Below, in pieces: positions 1 to 11,200 of a stretch of DNA of 47,991 nucleotides. The stretch is taken from the NCBI GenBank assembly GCA_032718475.1, contig JAUCBJ010000464.1, positions 1 through 47,991 of the forward strand, read 5' to 3'. The stretch comes from Nemertoderma westbladi (lineage: Eukaryota > Animalia > Xenacoelomorpha). Both the position numbers and the translations under genes were made by a program. Each line of letters begins with the position of its first letter. Within the stretch, counting starts at the first letter, position 1. Below the pieces are notes generated by a model. It was not told the DNA's origin. It made no database searches and worked only from the letters and a program-made list of their open reading frames with translations.

Positions 1-1091
1 AGGCCTATCGTGGATACCGGTATGCAGTTTACACTTATAGTGTATATATAAGTATAATTATTAACTGGAATTAATTACAGAATACCGGTATGATTTCAGC
101 ACAAATATAAATATTATAATAGGCCTATCGTAAATACCGGTATATCAATTATTTTAGAATAATTGAATTTCTGAACTTTAGGGTTACTTGGTTACTTTAA
201 CTTACTTTATTACCGTTATTTAAGCAGTAGTCCAACTGATATTGAGACCTAATTGTTGTATGGCAGGCCTACTATTTATAAATCGTTTGAGTTGATTTAT
301 AATATATATATACCCGTTTTAATGGGTTTTGTCAATGTTTGAAATAAATGTTATTATTTCTGGGGAGCAATCACTACACAAAGCGGTGCGCTTTCAGTGA
401 AGTGCTACTTATAGGACACTAAAACAAATAATTCTAATTTACCTAAGTTACTTAATACTACAAATTACGTACAATTCGGGTGAGATTACAATCTCTAAAT
501 AAACACAAAAATTTACAAAAACACAAAATACGAATTTTCAGGGTAATTTTACAAGAAGTCTACAAACCAGCCTAACAAAGGGTTAGAAATCTGGTTATTA
601 CAACGGACAGGTTACTACGGTATTTGAAAATAATAAGTAGTAGTAAATACACTGCGCTGTCCAGATAGGAAAATACCACCGCCTGACGACCTATAGCTGT
701 ATCGCTATAGGTACTACGTTATGTATCACGGAGTGTTCCTACCTAGAAGTTAATAGAGCTAACGTACGTGCCTATCAACCACTTTACAACACAAATATAA
801 TGCCTACACTAATTACTTTCGGAAAGTACTGTACACTAAACCCTAAATTAGGTACAAGTACTTGTATAACAAATAATCAGTAGTTAAAAATACTTGAACA
901 GCTAAAAGAACCACGGTATCTGCTGGAGTGACCGGTGCACAAAATCACCAGTCTTTACCTACGCCGAGCAGCCCGTATAGTACCGGGGTTAGTTTAACTA
1001 TAACGGTATGTATAACAAACACAATTACTGTAGGAATAAACTTGGGGATATGAATGTTGCGAATAATCGCATAAACTCTGAATAATAAATA

Positions 1092-1655
1092 TTACGCTAC
1101 GCGTACAGACCATTCAAACAAAATGCAGACCAAATACTGACAGACTACTATCAAGCCTAAACAAACTACGGTATATGTAGACTCCGAAATGGTTAAGTAG
1201 TATGCGTTCTAACCCAGTAGTACGACTTATTCTTTAGATGGGGGTTTACCTTACAGCTTTTGCTGCCCCTACTTCATAACCGTTCTTTATCGGACAGATG
1301 CTTTACACACACCGAAATTTCCTCAAACCCAACAGCAGCCAGACAACTATCCAGCCTACAAATTATCTAAATAAATTATACGCTACCTGTACAGACTACA
1401 CAAACAAAGTACAGACTAAACGATGGCAGACTACTCTCAAGCCTAAATAAACTACAGGACATGCAGACTCCGAAATGATTAGGTAGTATGCGTTCTAACC
1501 CAGTAGTACGACTTATTCTTTAATTGGGGGTTTACCTTACAGCTTTTGCTGCCCCTACTTCCTAACCGTTCTTTATCGGACAGATGATCTACACACACTG
1601 CAATCCGTTCAGACTTAACAACAATCAGACAACAGTCAAGCCTACAAATTATCTG
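1092..1655. repeat. Tandem duplication (about 285 bp x2) in the Bel/Pao leader, copy A
   Basis: Block TACGCTAC...GACTCCGAAATG...CCCAGTAGTACGACTTATTCTTT...CAAATTATCT occurs twice in tandem; the same arrangement is in copy B. Confidence 0.8.
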
Positions 1656-1920
1656 TACAATCTGAGCGGGCTTACACGCCTTCTGCTCAATACTGGCCTA
1701 CAAATAAATAAAACTGACAGAAATAGGCCTAAGTAAAATCCCAATAAAAACCAGGCGTCCCCGATTAATTATTAAGACCTACCGGCTTATAATTATCAAA
1801 ATCGAATAATACTGCTGTACCTGTACTGCTATATGTACCGGTCCGGGTGGTTAGGTAGTCAGGCCTACTCGGTACCGGTTGCCGGTACTTCTGCTTTATT
1901 GCCTACTGCAATACAGAAGC

Positions 1921-1932
1921 TATATCCGTTAT
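1921..1932 (-). promoter_or_regulatory. Non-tRNA primer-binding-site position of copy A (ATAACGGATATA), complementary to LTR-internal 2657-2668
   Basis: Plus strand TATATCCGTTAT abuts the LTR edge at 1933 and is the exact reverse complement of ATAACGGATATA at 2657-2668; no TGG tRNA-type PBS here. Confidence 0.65.
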
Positions 1933-3130
1933 TGTTCGCACTTTCAGACCTTTGACAGTTTAACCCACCAAATTAGGATGTCTTCTAGATAATAAATCAC
2001 TTTTAGCCTCTGACAAGTATTTGATTCACTACACTAGTCGAAACCAATCGGTGCGCGATCATTCACCCGCTGGATATACCCGGGAGATTGGGTTCGACGG
2101 CTTAATCGTATTGCTATGTAAGCCTAATGTATTATTCGACTGACAGTATTATATAATCTCTGACAATATTATTCACCTTCGGGGAATATTAACAGTTCCT
2201 TTAGGACGTGGCGCTCTATCTATAAAAACAGAGTTATGACTTAAACTACTCACAACGATATGGCCTAATTACAATTCACATATATGGCGCATTCTTTAGG
2301 AAATGCTTCGTTATCAGTCTCACTCATACACGATGCTGCACAATACTGCACACTGATCTGCCGATCTTCACTGATTTTAGTCACATATAAAAGGAACACG
2401 GACCGAATCATGTAGGGTCTATCAAATAACATTAGATTCACTTCAACCCACTTTAACATAAGTCACAATCGTTATATGTAACCTTTCCCTCTTACCTTCG
2501 GTATATCAAGAATATTGGGTTTTCGGGGTTATTTATCGTTATTCCAAATATAATAATTCATCAACCATATTATGAAGAACCGACAGTAAATAGCAGTATA
2601 ACAGTTTGGTTTGAGACAATCAGTCAGTTTAGTTTGGTATGTTATGATTAGTTATGATAACGGATATATGTCCTTATAATTAAGCCTACTAGTGTAAGGC
2701 TAAAACAGAAAAGCACAAAATATTCCCAAGCCGCTCTCTCCTGGCTCAGGACAGAATGTAAACACTGCACATAATGCATTGAGTGATTTCTAGGAAATCT
2801 CTGTACAAGAGCCATAAAAATGCTCTGATTGGCTGACTGAACTGAGAGACGCCGTAGAACAAAGAAAATCAACACGTATGAATATCAGCTGTTAACCGTA
2901 GTCATAGTAACTACTGTTCAAGAGTAGCTATCACCTTTTGCGTCACGGAATTGCCATAGAATCATCAACTATGCCTTTCACAGTACACATACGGAGGAAA
3001 TAGCTCTTAGATCCTCTAAAAACACCGATACAGCAATAATACGGCCTCTTACACCTATTAAATCAACTACAGAGTATTTTAATGTAAAAGATAATAAAAA
3101 TAACGGGGCAATTCAGCAAAGGCTTTTACA
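1933..3130 (-). repeat. 5' LTR of Bel/Pao copy A (diverged subfamily)
   Basis: Starts TGTTCGCACTTTCAGACCTTTGACAG and ends GGCTTTTACA; homologous along its length to 3435-4581 but with many substitutions and indels. Confidence 0.88.
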
Positions 3131-3434
3131 AATCCCCCTTAGAACCAGAGTATCCAACAGTTTAATGCCAAAGCATGATGGGATGGAGTAGTAATGCTGC
3201 AATGGCGACTACATTATACCGTATGCCATACCGGTACCTGACTATACTGGCGTGACAGTACAGCAGTAGGAATACAATTCTCCATGGTTACAAGATAACA
3301 AAGAGTAATTTATTTTAGAGGATGTAGAATAGTCATTTAATTAAAAAATGTAATTACCACAAGCACAACTTAGTTATATTCTAGAATGTAACAACTCTGG
3401 AATGTAGAGCAGAATGCGATTTTAGCTTTATTTG

Positions 3435-4581
3435 TGTTTGCGCTTTTAAGACCTTTGACAGTTTAACCTGCCAAATTAGGATGTCTTTTAGATGATATAT
3501 AGTCTTTAGCCTATGACGAGTATTTGATACACTACATTAGCCGAAGCCAGTCTATGCGCAATCATTCACCCGCTGGATATACCCGGGAGACTGAATTCGG
3601 AAGCTTAATGATTGATGGTGTAAGCCTACTGTATTGTTCGACTGATCGTAATATATAATGTCTGACAAATATTATTCACTTTCGGGAAATATTAACAGTT
3701 CCTTTAGGACGTGGCGCTCTAATTATGTAAACAGAGTTATGACTTAAACCAGACGCAATGAGATGGCTATAGATTCACGTATATGGCGCATTCTTTAGGA
3801 GATGCTTTGTTATCAGTTACAATCATACACAATGCTGCACACCAATCTGCCGACCTTCACTAATTTTAGTCACATACAAAGAGAATAACAGACAATACAT
3901 GTAGGGCCTATAAAATAGCATTAGATTCACTTCAAACCACTTAACATAGGTCGCAATCGTTTATCTGTAACCGGTCTCTCTAACCTTTAGTATATCAAGA
4001 AGGTTGGGTGTCTGACTATTGATCAGTATTCCAAATATAATCTTCCATCAACAAATATAATGAATAACCGACAGCAAAAGCAGTAATGTTAAGTAAGATA
4101 TGCATGATATGTTTAGTAAGCATTGATAAAGTAACTCGTTAACTCGATAACAGATATACGTTCTATAATTAAGCCTACTAATGTAAGACTAAAGACTGAA
4201 ACACGGAGGTGCCAAAAGCCGGTGTTCTTAGGCTCTGGGCAAAAACATAACACTGAATTCCTGAGTTTCTGTATCCACCTCCAACACAGAGACAAAAAAC
4301 GCTCTGATTGGTCGACCGAACAACGAGAGAACAAAGAAACAAAGAAATGTCGACGTGGCAATATCAGCTGTTAGCCGTCGTCATGGTAGCGACACTGTTT
4401 TCAAGAGTATCGAGCTTATTGCGTCCCGAAATTGCGGATTATGTCCTCTAAAGTACAAATACAGAAGAAATATCCTCTAAAACATCAGTACAGTAAGGAC
4501 ACGGCCTTTTTATGCCCAGTAAACCAACTACAGAGTACTTTACGGGGAAAATAACCGGCTAATTACGCAAAAGCTTTTACA
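3435..4581 (-). repeat. 3' LTR of Bel/Pao copy B (1147 bp)
   Basis: Direct repeat of 14737-15902, differing by a few substitutions, one 10-bp indel and one roughly 9-bp indel. Confidence 0.95.
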
Positions 4582-4589
4582 CCGCTCCC
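4582..4589 (-). promoter_or_regulatory. Short polypurine tract (GGGAGCGG) upstream of the 3' LTR
   Basis: Minus strand reads GGGAGCGG|TGTAAAAGC at the LTR boundary. Confidence 0.6.
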
Positions 4590-4607
4590 AGAAAATGGGA
4601 TTTAAGT

Positions 4608-6166
4608 CTATAAAATATAACAAATCACAGTTTCTAAAATATAAAGATACTCTAAACAGTTAGTCTTTCTTACACAGATGGCGTTTACGCAGTTTTTTGA
4701 GGCTAGCAAGAGTCCTTTTCTCTTTGGGGCGAGCCACTTTACTAGGAGGGCTATATATCCTGGGTGAAGGATGCAATATGATTGCATCAGAAGGTGTAGG
4801 ATTATGGTCGGGGTATCCGCCGTTTCGATATGCTTCTCCTCGAGCTGATTTTCCTCCGCTCGTAGCTGGATACGTTCATCCAAAAACTCTCGCAGAGAAT
4901 GGGGTTGTCTAAGTTCGATATCTTCTTAGAGATTCTGGATTTCACAATCGAACTGAGATAAAGACAATTCGTTTATCGCTTGGACTTGCTGTTACAACTT
5001 ACGTTTATCTGAACAAACGCAGGTTTCCTTTCTGATCTTTGTAGAATAGCGTTTAACTCGTTTGGTACAACGTTCTCCGCCACTTTGGTGACAGGTTATA
5101 TCGTGTTAAGCCGGGACGATGGTAAGGGTTAAACGGCGATATTAAATGTCCGCGTCCCAATCCGGCTAGGTAGGATGGGCTAATATCTAGGAAGCCCACA
5201 ACTGGGGTGCCACCGACTAATTGTTCAGGTAACACTAGATCTTTGAGCAGTGAGTACAGCTCGGGAGGATCCGTCATACTAATAGGATCAAGAGTCTGAG
5301 GTCTCACTAGGGAATGAGGAGCTCTGATCGAGTATTCCGAAACTCTGATCATTGGTTTATTTAAGGATCGTCTGAGTCGAACGAGCGTAGGTGATACATT
5401 GAACAAGTTTCGCTCGAAACTCCCGTAAGTATAGCGAGTAAAACCGTGTTTAAAGCAACGTCTCCGCGGATGTTTATGTCTTTCTGTTTGTTGGTGGGGT
5501 CTTGGGCATTCATCGCAATAATACCAAAAACGCACGTCGTGTAGGGGAAACGCGAGTGATCTTTCTCCAGCTTACAATATTCCTCCATCCGGTACAACAG
5601 GTAGCGATCGATCGGCGGTAAGATACACCATAGTGGAATAGAGCCGTTTGAGTTCCACCATGCGGTCATGAGGTATACCTTGAGGATATCGAGTTTCTAG
5701 ATTCTGTTGACTGGTAATATCGAGATAGGTTTCTCTCAAGAATTCCAGGTATTTGGTGGAGTCGCTGCGTTTATCCGGCTCTTCGACATCTGCACTTTCG
5801 AGTCGGTTTCGAATAGAATTTTCGTGTTCGAGTCTCAATTTATCGTTCCGCTTCCGCTGGGTATGATATTTAAATAAACCATTTCCCGTTGGTGTCTATA
5901 TCGTTCGTATCGTGTAGGTCGATAGGATGACCAGTAGTTAAGAAGTCCATATACATACCATTACGATGCGTATAGCGAGCGGTGAATTTTCTACAGTCTA
6001 ACCCACGCGCAAGTTGCTCCCGGGACATTGGCGGTTAGATATAACGACCATCGTCCTCCGTAGTAGTTGGACCAGCGTCGCCGCGTATCAAGCTATCAAC
6101 AAACGCTTGTAAAGGTAGAGTATATCTTTCCCTGATACCAAGATCATCTTCTATCAACTCAATCAT
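4608..6166 (-). pseudogene. Frameshifted extra ORF of unknown family in the env position of the Bel/Pao element
   Basis: Chain of overlapping minus-strand ORFs (5572-5838, 5361-5669, 5053-5535, 4608-4883) plus an upstream frame from ATG 6166, in a segment more GC/CpG-rich than its flanks; no motif recognised. Confidence 0.5.
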
Positions 6167-6994
6167 ATCTGCTATATAAGTTTATCCATATTATAATGAG
6201 TTTATATTTAGGCGAGCGGGCGTCGCTGCCTACCCCTCTCTGCCCCCGGACAGTGCGAGATCCTCAGCGCTGGTGTACTTTCGCCGATGTGCCTATCGCC
6301 AACGTCGTAGCTGCACAACGACTACAACAACCAGCACGAGCCACTCCACCGTCCGTCCCAAAGGCTTAGATATACTTCAGGTTCTTACTGGAGAGTTAGG
6401 GTTACTTTCACAATTGCGACTCGCTACTGTAAACACACCTTAGTAGTAACATTCACCTACAAACGCACAAATTCCACGTAACAGTCACAAATGGTACACA
6501 TTCTATCACACATTCGGGTCATTTGTCCGTTAGTCAAGTGCCTTCCAGAATGTCACGTTGTTATTATGTATCCTTGGATACTAGCGGTGTGCTATTTATT
6601 CCGTATGCTATTCAATACGCAAGCCCTTTATTGTTCTTTTAACTCACTTCTAATTCTAGCGTGGTTGTTGCCATGGTGACATTATGGAAAGCTAGTGGTA
6701 GAATTAGGGTAATTCTCATGCATACAGATCTGGGATGCTATTTAATAGTAAGTCTTTAATGGTCAATATCATCTTTATATATGATTTTATGAATTTTATC
6801 GGCTATTGACTCTATATTGGAGATTCTCACACTCTAACACACTTAATAGGATGAATCTCCGCTCCCGTGATCTATTAATTAATGGAATTTTGGGAATGTT
6901 ATAAATTGCATAAAATTGCAATTTATTAAATTCATTAAAGTATGAATTTAAATTTATTCCCTGAAATTTTATTATTTGATAGTTAAATTGACAC

Positions 6995-7275
6995 AATTTG
7001 ATTCCAGAGCAGGTCTGGGGACATAGGATCCTTAATTCTATGAAAATTGTCTTTTAAGAGTATCGGTAAGTGCTACGATATCTTAATCGACTAGAATGGT
7101 TAAAGGATCTGAATTTTACAGATTTTGATTTATAGATTTGTAAATATTAAATAATTAATATTTGAGATGGGCACCAATTTATTCCAGAACTTGTCTGGGG
7201 ACGTTAACCACTGATTCTAGAATTTTGTCTTTCAAGTATATCGGTGGGTGCCGCGATATCTTAATCGACTAGAAT
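6995..7275. repeat. Diverged duplication of about 100 bp in the internal 3' region
   Basis: ATTCCAGA...GTCTGGGGAC...CGATATCTTAATCGACTAGAAT at about 6995-7097 and 7176-7275. Confidence 0.7.
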
Positions 7276-7811
7276 TGCAGATGGTCAAAGGGTTTAACAG
7301 ATTTATTTTGCGTTTTACGCTACTGTTAAAGGGACATCACGCTACTATATGTATTATTTAATATACGGTATGAGAGCAATATCGCACGAAGCAATGTCAG
7401 TGTGAAGAGGCAAGTCGTTTCCAAGGTCTACCCAGAGCTTGGTTTAGCCGAGACACGAGGATCTGAACTTTGCATTCCTAATACTCTGCTTACCAATAAT
7501 ACTTAAATATAGTAGGAGCTTTATTGTACTTTAATAAGTACGGATATTTCATCTTACTGTAGTCACGTATTTATAATATGATACGGACAGTAAGGAAAGA
7601 GAAAAAGAATTATTTATCGCCGTCGCACTAAATATAATATATAAGTAATTAAGTAATAAACACTAATATATTGCACTAATCTACTAAATAATCACTAAAT
7701 AACATTCTACTAAATAAAATTAAAGAAAACGATTATAATAAAATTACATAATAATACATACATAATATAAAATAATAAAATAATGTAGTCACACACCCAC
7801 TCCGTATGTTG

Positions 7812-8255
7812 TTACGTTATGGAGTCCCTAGATATTTGTTGGATTAGGGAGGTGGTCGTGGGAAGAGTATCTTGCCTTCCATAGTTTCCGGACAGTTTTC
7901 GGTCTCTTTCCAGTAAACATAAACGACCAGCTGGGCGATTGAGTGGTTGTGTTACTTTCTCCGCTCCCTTGGCCTGTCTAATCTTCGCCGGGTTAAGATG
8001 GGGAGGCCATTCATCTTCTTTACTTAGGAAGTCGGGTTCACCTAACCAGTCTGGAGTATCTGTAAGTTCTTGAGGAGTTGCTCCTCTGGAGGCGATGTCG
8101 GCTAGATTGATCGTCTCGGGGCAATGTCTCCATTGATCTACATTGGAGTTGATGTCGTCATTATCTGAGGAGTATGGTGTTCCCTCAGTTGGGTCGTCAA
8201 CTTCACTGCTCTCCACTTCCCGTTCACTTAATTGATATACCTGTTCTTTTGGTAA
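7812..8255 (-). pseudogene. pol: pol remnant: end of Bel/Pao RNase H fused to extreme integrase C-terminus
   Basis: WRHCPETINLADIASRG...WLGEPDFL...WP fits the Pao RNase H end (W.H....NPAD..SRG...W..GP.FL); LNRPAGRLCLLE fits the RP..KLCLL end of Pao integrase; same frame as gag, separated by one TGA. Confidence 0.75.
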
Positions 8256-11200
8256 TCATTCCATAAGAGTTCTACGAGAAGGGCCAGTAAAGTACCAACC
8301 TACTCTAGTTCTTCCCGCATAAACTTGTAGAGGTTGCGGTTGAGCAGGCCGTTTCTCCAATGTCTCGAGCGCTTCATGCGCATTTGGACCGATGAGTATT
8401 TGGACTCCAGGGTAATCGGTGTTGAATCTAGGTATTTCAAACTGCTGGGTGAAATCGTCCTCATCCCAGTTATAAGGTTCCACTTGGCTGGTCGCGAAGT
8501 TCTTTATCGCTAACATTTTTACTGACCTTATGCTGTGTTCTCCTAGTTCATCCTGGGGGGTGGACAACGCACCTACATAATAATCTGCGATTACTGTAGA
8601 TTTCCAAACCTGCATAATTCCTGACATGTTTAGCTTAGTTCGGAACTTGGGTTGTCCAGCAAAGATGTCTTCGGCTAGTTCTTTGTCGATGAATGTTCCT
8701 GTACTACCGGAGTCAAGGAGGGCGTTCACTACATAACTCCTTTTAGGTCCGTGGACCCTTACCTGTACTACAGGAAATTCTCGGATTCCTACATTGGAAG
8801 GTGGTGCTTTCCAAGATGGTTGTCTGTCAGAAGTAGTTAGGGGGGGCTCGCTGTCGGTGTCTTTTTCATACGTAAGTGCTCGATACACTGCGGTATTTGT
8901 TAGGTAACAGGATTCGTTTTCGTCGGAGAATTCGTCCGTATAGAATCCTTCCATCTCAGAATATTGGTCAGTGTCGTTCACATCACTGAATTGGACATAT
9001 AGTTCGGACTCACTTACCTGACTCGGGCTGTTTCGTTCGAATTCCGTGTGCAACAAGATATGATGTTTTGCGCCGCACTTTGCACACCTTACGTCGGAGT
9101 AACAGGTTCGCCGTTGGTGTCCTCGTCTGAGGCAATTATAACACAACCGCTTATCCCACATGATTTCACGTCTGTCCTTTAGTGATTTCCCCAGGAATTC
9201 ATCACACGCACTTAAACGGTGGGGCCCATCGCACAGCACACATTTGGGCTTGATGTTACTTACTTTAACATGTGCTGTGTGGTGCACGTTCGTTCTTTCC
9301 TCGGGCTTTCTCACCTGAATTCTCTTGGGAGACGTAGGAGGAGTTTTTCTTACCTGTTCTCTCCTGTCATTGGTTCGAGACTTGAATTTAGTTACCTGGT
9401 CTTTAGGCGTTTTATTGACATAATAAGATCTTTCAGTGTCTTTCCCGCTATCCTCTCCTTGAGAAGTCTGGCTTTCGCCGTCGTCTGTATAACACACTGG
9501 TGTTACCCTTCTCCTAGAAACGGGTTTCTCACTTACCTTGTTTTCCAGTGTCTTCTCTCTGGACTGCCTTAGGAGCTGTAATTTCACTTCTCCATCTAAG
9601 AATGACATGAGATCAGCCATGGTAGGGTCTCGTCGTTGTTGTTCCATCATATATAACACTTTCTTGTCCCAGCGTGTACCTACTCCACCCTTGGGCAAAG
9701 TAGATGCTAAGGCTCCTACAACCATAGAATTCTGGTATTCATGAGACTTACCTAGCCAATCTAATTGTCTACAGATCTCCTGAATCTCATCGGAAAACTC
9801 TATAATCCCGCTGCTAAGAAACTTTCGGGGCGCCATTAATTTTGCATACAAATACCTAGCTATGTTATTCCTATTACCATACCTGATGTTTAGTGTATCC
9901 CAAACTTGTCTTAATCCGTCTGGATGTCCAATAAACTTTAGCGCCATTAACTTGGGAGATCCTTCCAAGCACTCGATGAGGAATCTAAGTTTCTCTCCAT
10001 TAGATAGCACAGAGTTCTGTATGTTATCTTTGTAATATTCATTAAAAGGTAACCATTTCATCTCATCTCCATTGAACTTGACGATCTCTCCCACCTTTAC
10101 CGCTTGCCGGGCTTCGGTTCTAGCCATTTGACGCGTAAAACTTTCTTGGGCCATCGTGTTATTTAATATCGAGTTATCGGTATATAAATTTCTCGGATTA
10201 TGATCCGGTCTATAGGGAATATCATTATCAACAGGTCTATAATTACTCTTAATAGGGTTCACTATAGGAGTTTCTACTTCGCTAGCAGTATAGATGCGTG
10301 TAGGCTCCACACCTTGCGCATGAGATACTTCAGACCTAACAGGTTGACACATTGTTACAGGGGGTGGTGGTATACCCTTTTGTGTATTTACTAATTTATC
10401 GCGTTCTAGCACGATACTTTGCTGCACTTCTTGCAACTCTAGCCTACTTTCCCTTACTGTGCCCTTGAATTGCTGAACGGTCTCCTGCATCTGTCCGAGC
10501 AGGAGATCCATCCCCCGTCGTCTCTCATCCACCCATTCGACCGCCGAAGCGGGATTCGCCAACGTTGTAGCGGGCGGACGAGGGACAACGGGCGACAAAT
10601 CTTGAATATTTCGCTCGGAGTCCAGGGCATGAACTGTCTCATGGGCTGTTCTGCTGGGCACAGGTAGCTTGGTACTGTGCAAAGGGAATTTAGAGGTAGG
10701 TTCAGGGAGTACAGGTGTCTCTATCACCGAAGGGGTGATTTCAAGAACAGGCCTAATTATTTCAGGCTCATCTACTATAGTAGGGAGTCTTTCTATTGTA
10801 ATTATTTGGTCTGTGGGTTCTGTACTACCTAAGTTGGTGTTATTTAGTTGCCTTCTAACAGCTGGAGGCAAATCAGGCAATTTCTGACGGTGGGATGTTC
10901 TTTTACGTCTGCTTAGACGAGATCTATTTCCTTTGCCTTCAGTATCGGTGGTATCGCCTTCCTCAGATGATGTATATCCCTGTCTTTTGGGGGTAGATCG
11001 ATTCATCATCTGCATATTACTAGCTGTTAACTGTTTATTTATGCAGTCTTGATTCTCCTGAATATTTTCCAGTTCTAATTGGGCGATCTCTTCAGCCGCT
11101 ACCCGTTCTGCTTCTGCCGCTGCCATTGCCGCTTTTCTTTCCATTTCGGCTGCTTTTCTTTTCGCTTCTGCCTCTGCCGCTGCTGCTTTTCTTTCCATTT

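Larger units (their letters stand above)
1..3130 (-). mobile_element. Partial Bel/Pao LTR retrotransposon copy A: 5' LTR plus long leader; coding part lies left of the window
   Basis: 1-1932 aligns colinearly with the leader of the full element (about 12780-14736); 1933-3130 is a diverged homolog of its LTRs, with TG...CA ends. Confidence 0.9.

Noticed and set aside
4113-4361. Identical 82-aa ORFs at 4113-4361 and 15425-15673
   Set aside because: They are identical only because they lie in the two LTRs; non-ATG start and only partly kept in the copy A LTR.
6220-6380. Short hydrophobic minus-strand frame (WLVLVVVVVVQ) as an env transmembrane remnant
   Set aside because: Too short, bounded by stops, and no ectodomain sequence nearby.
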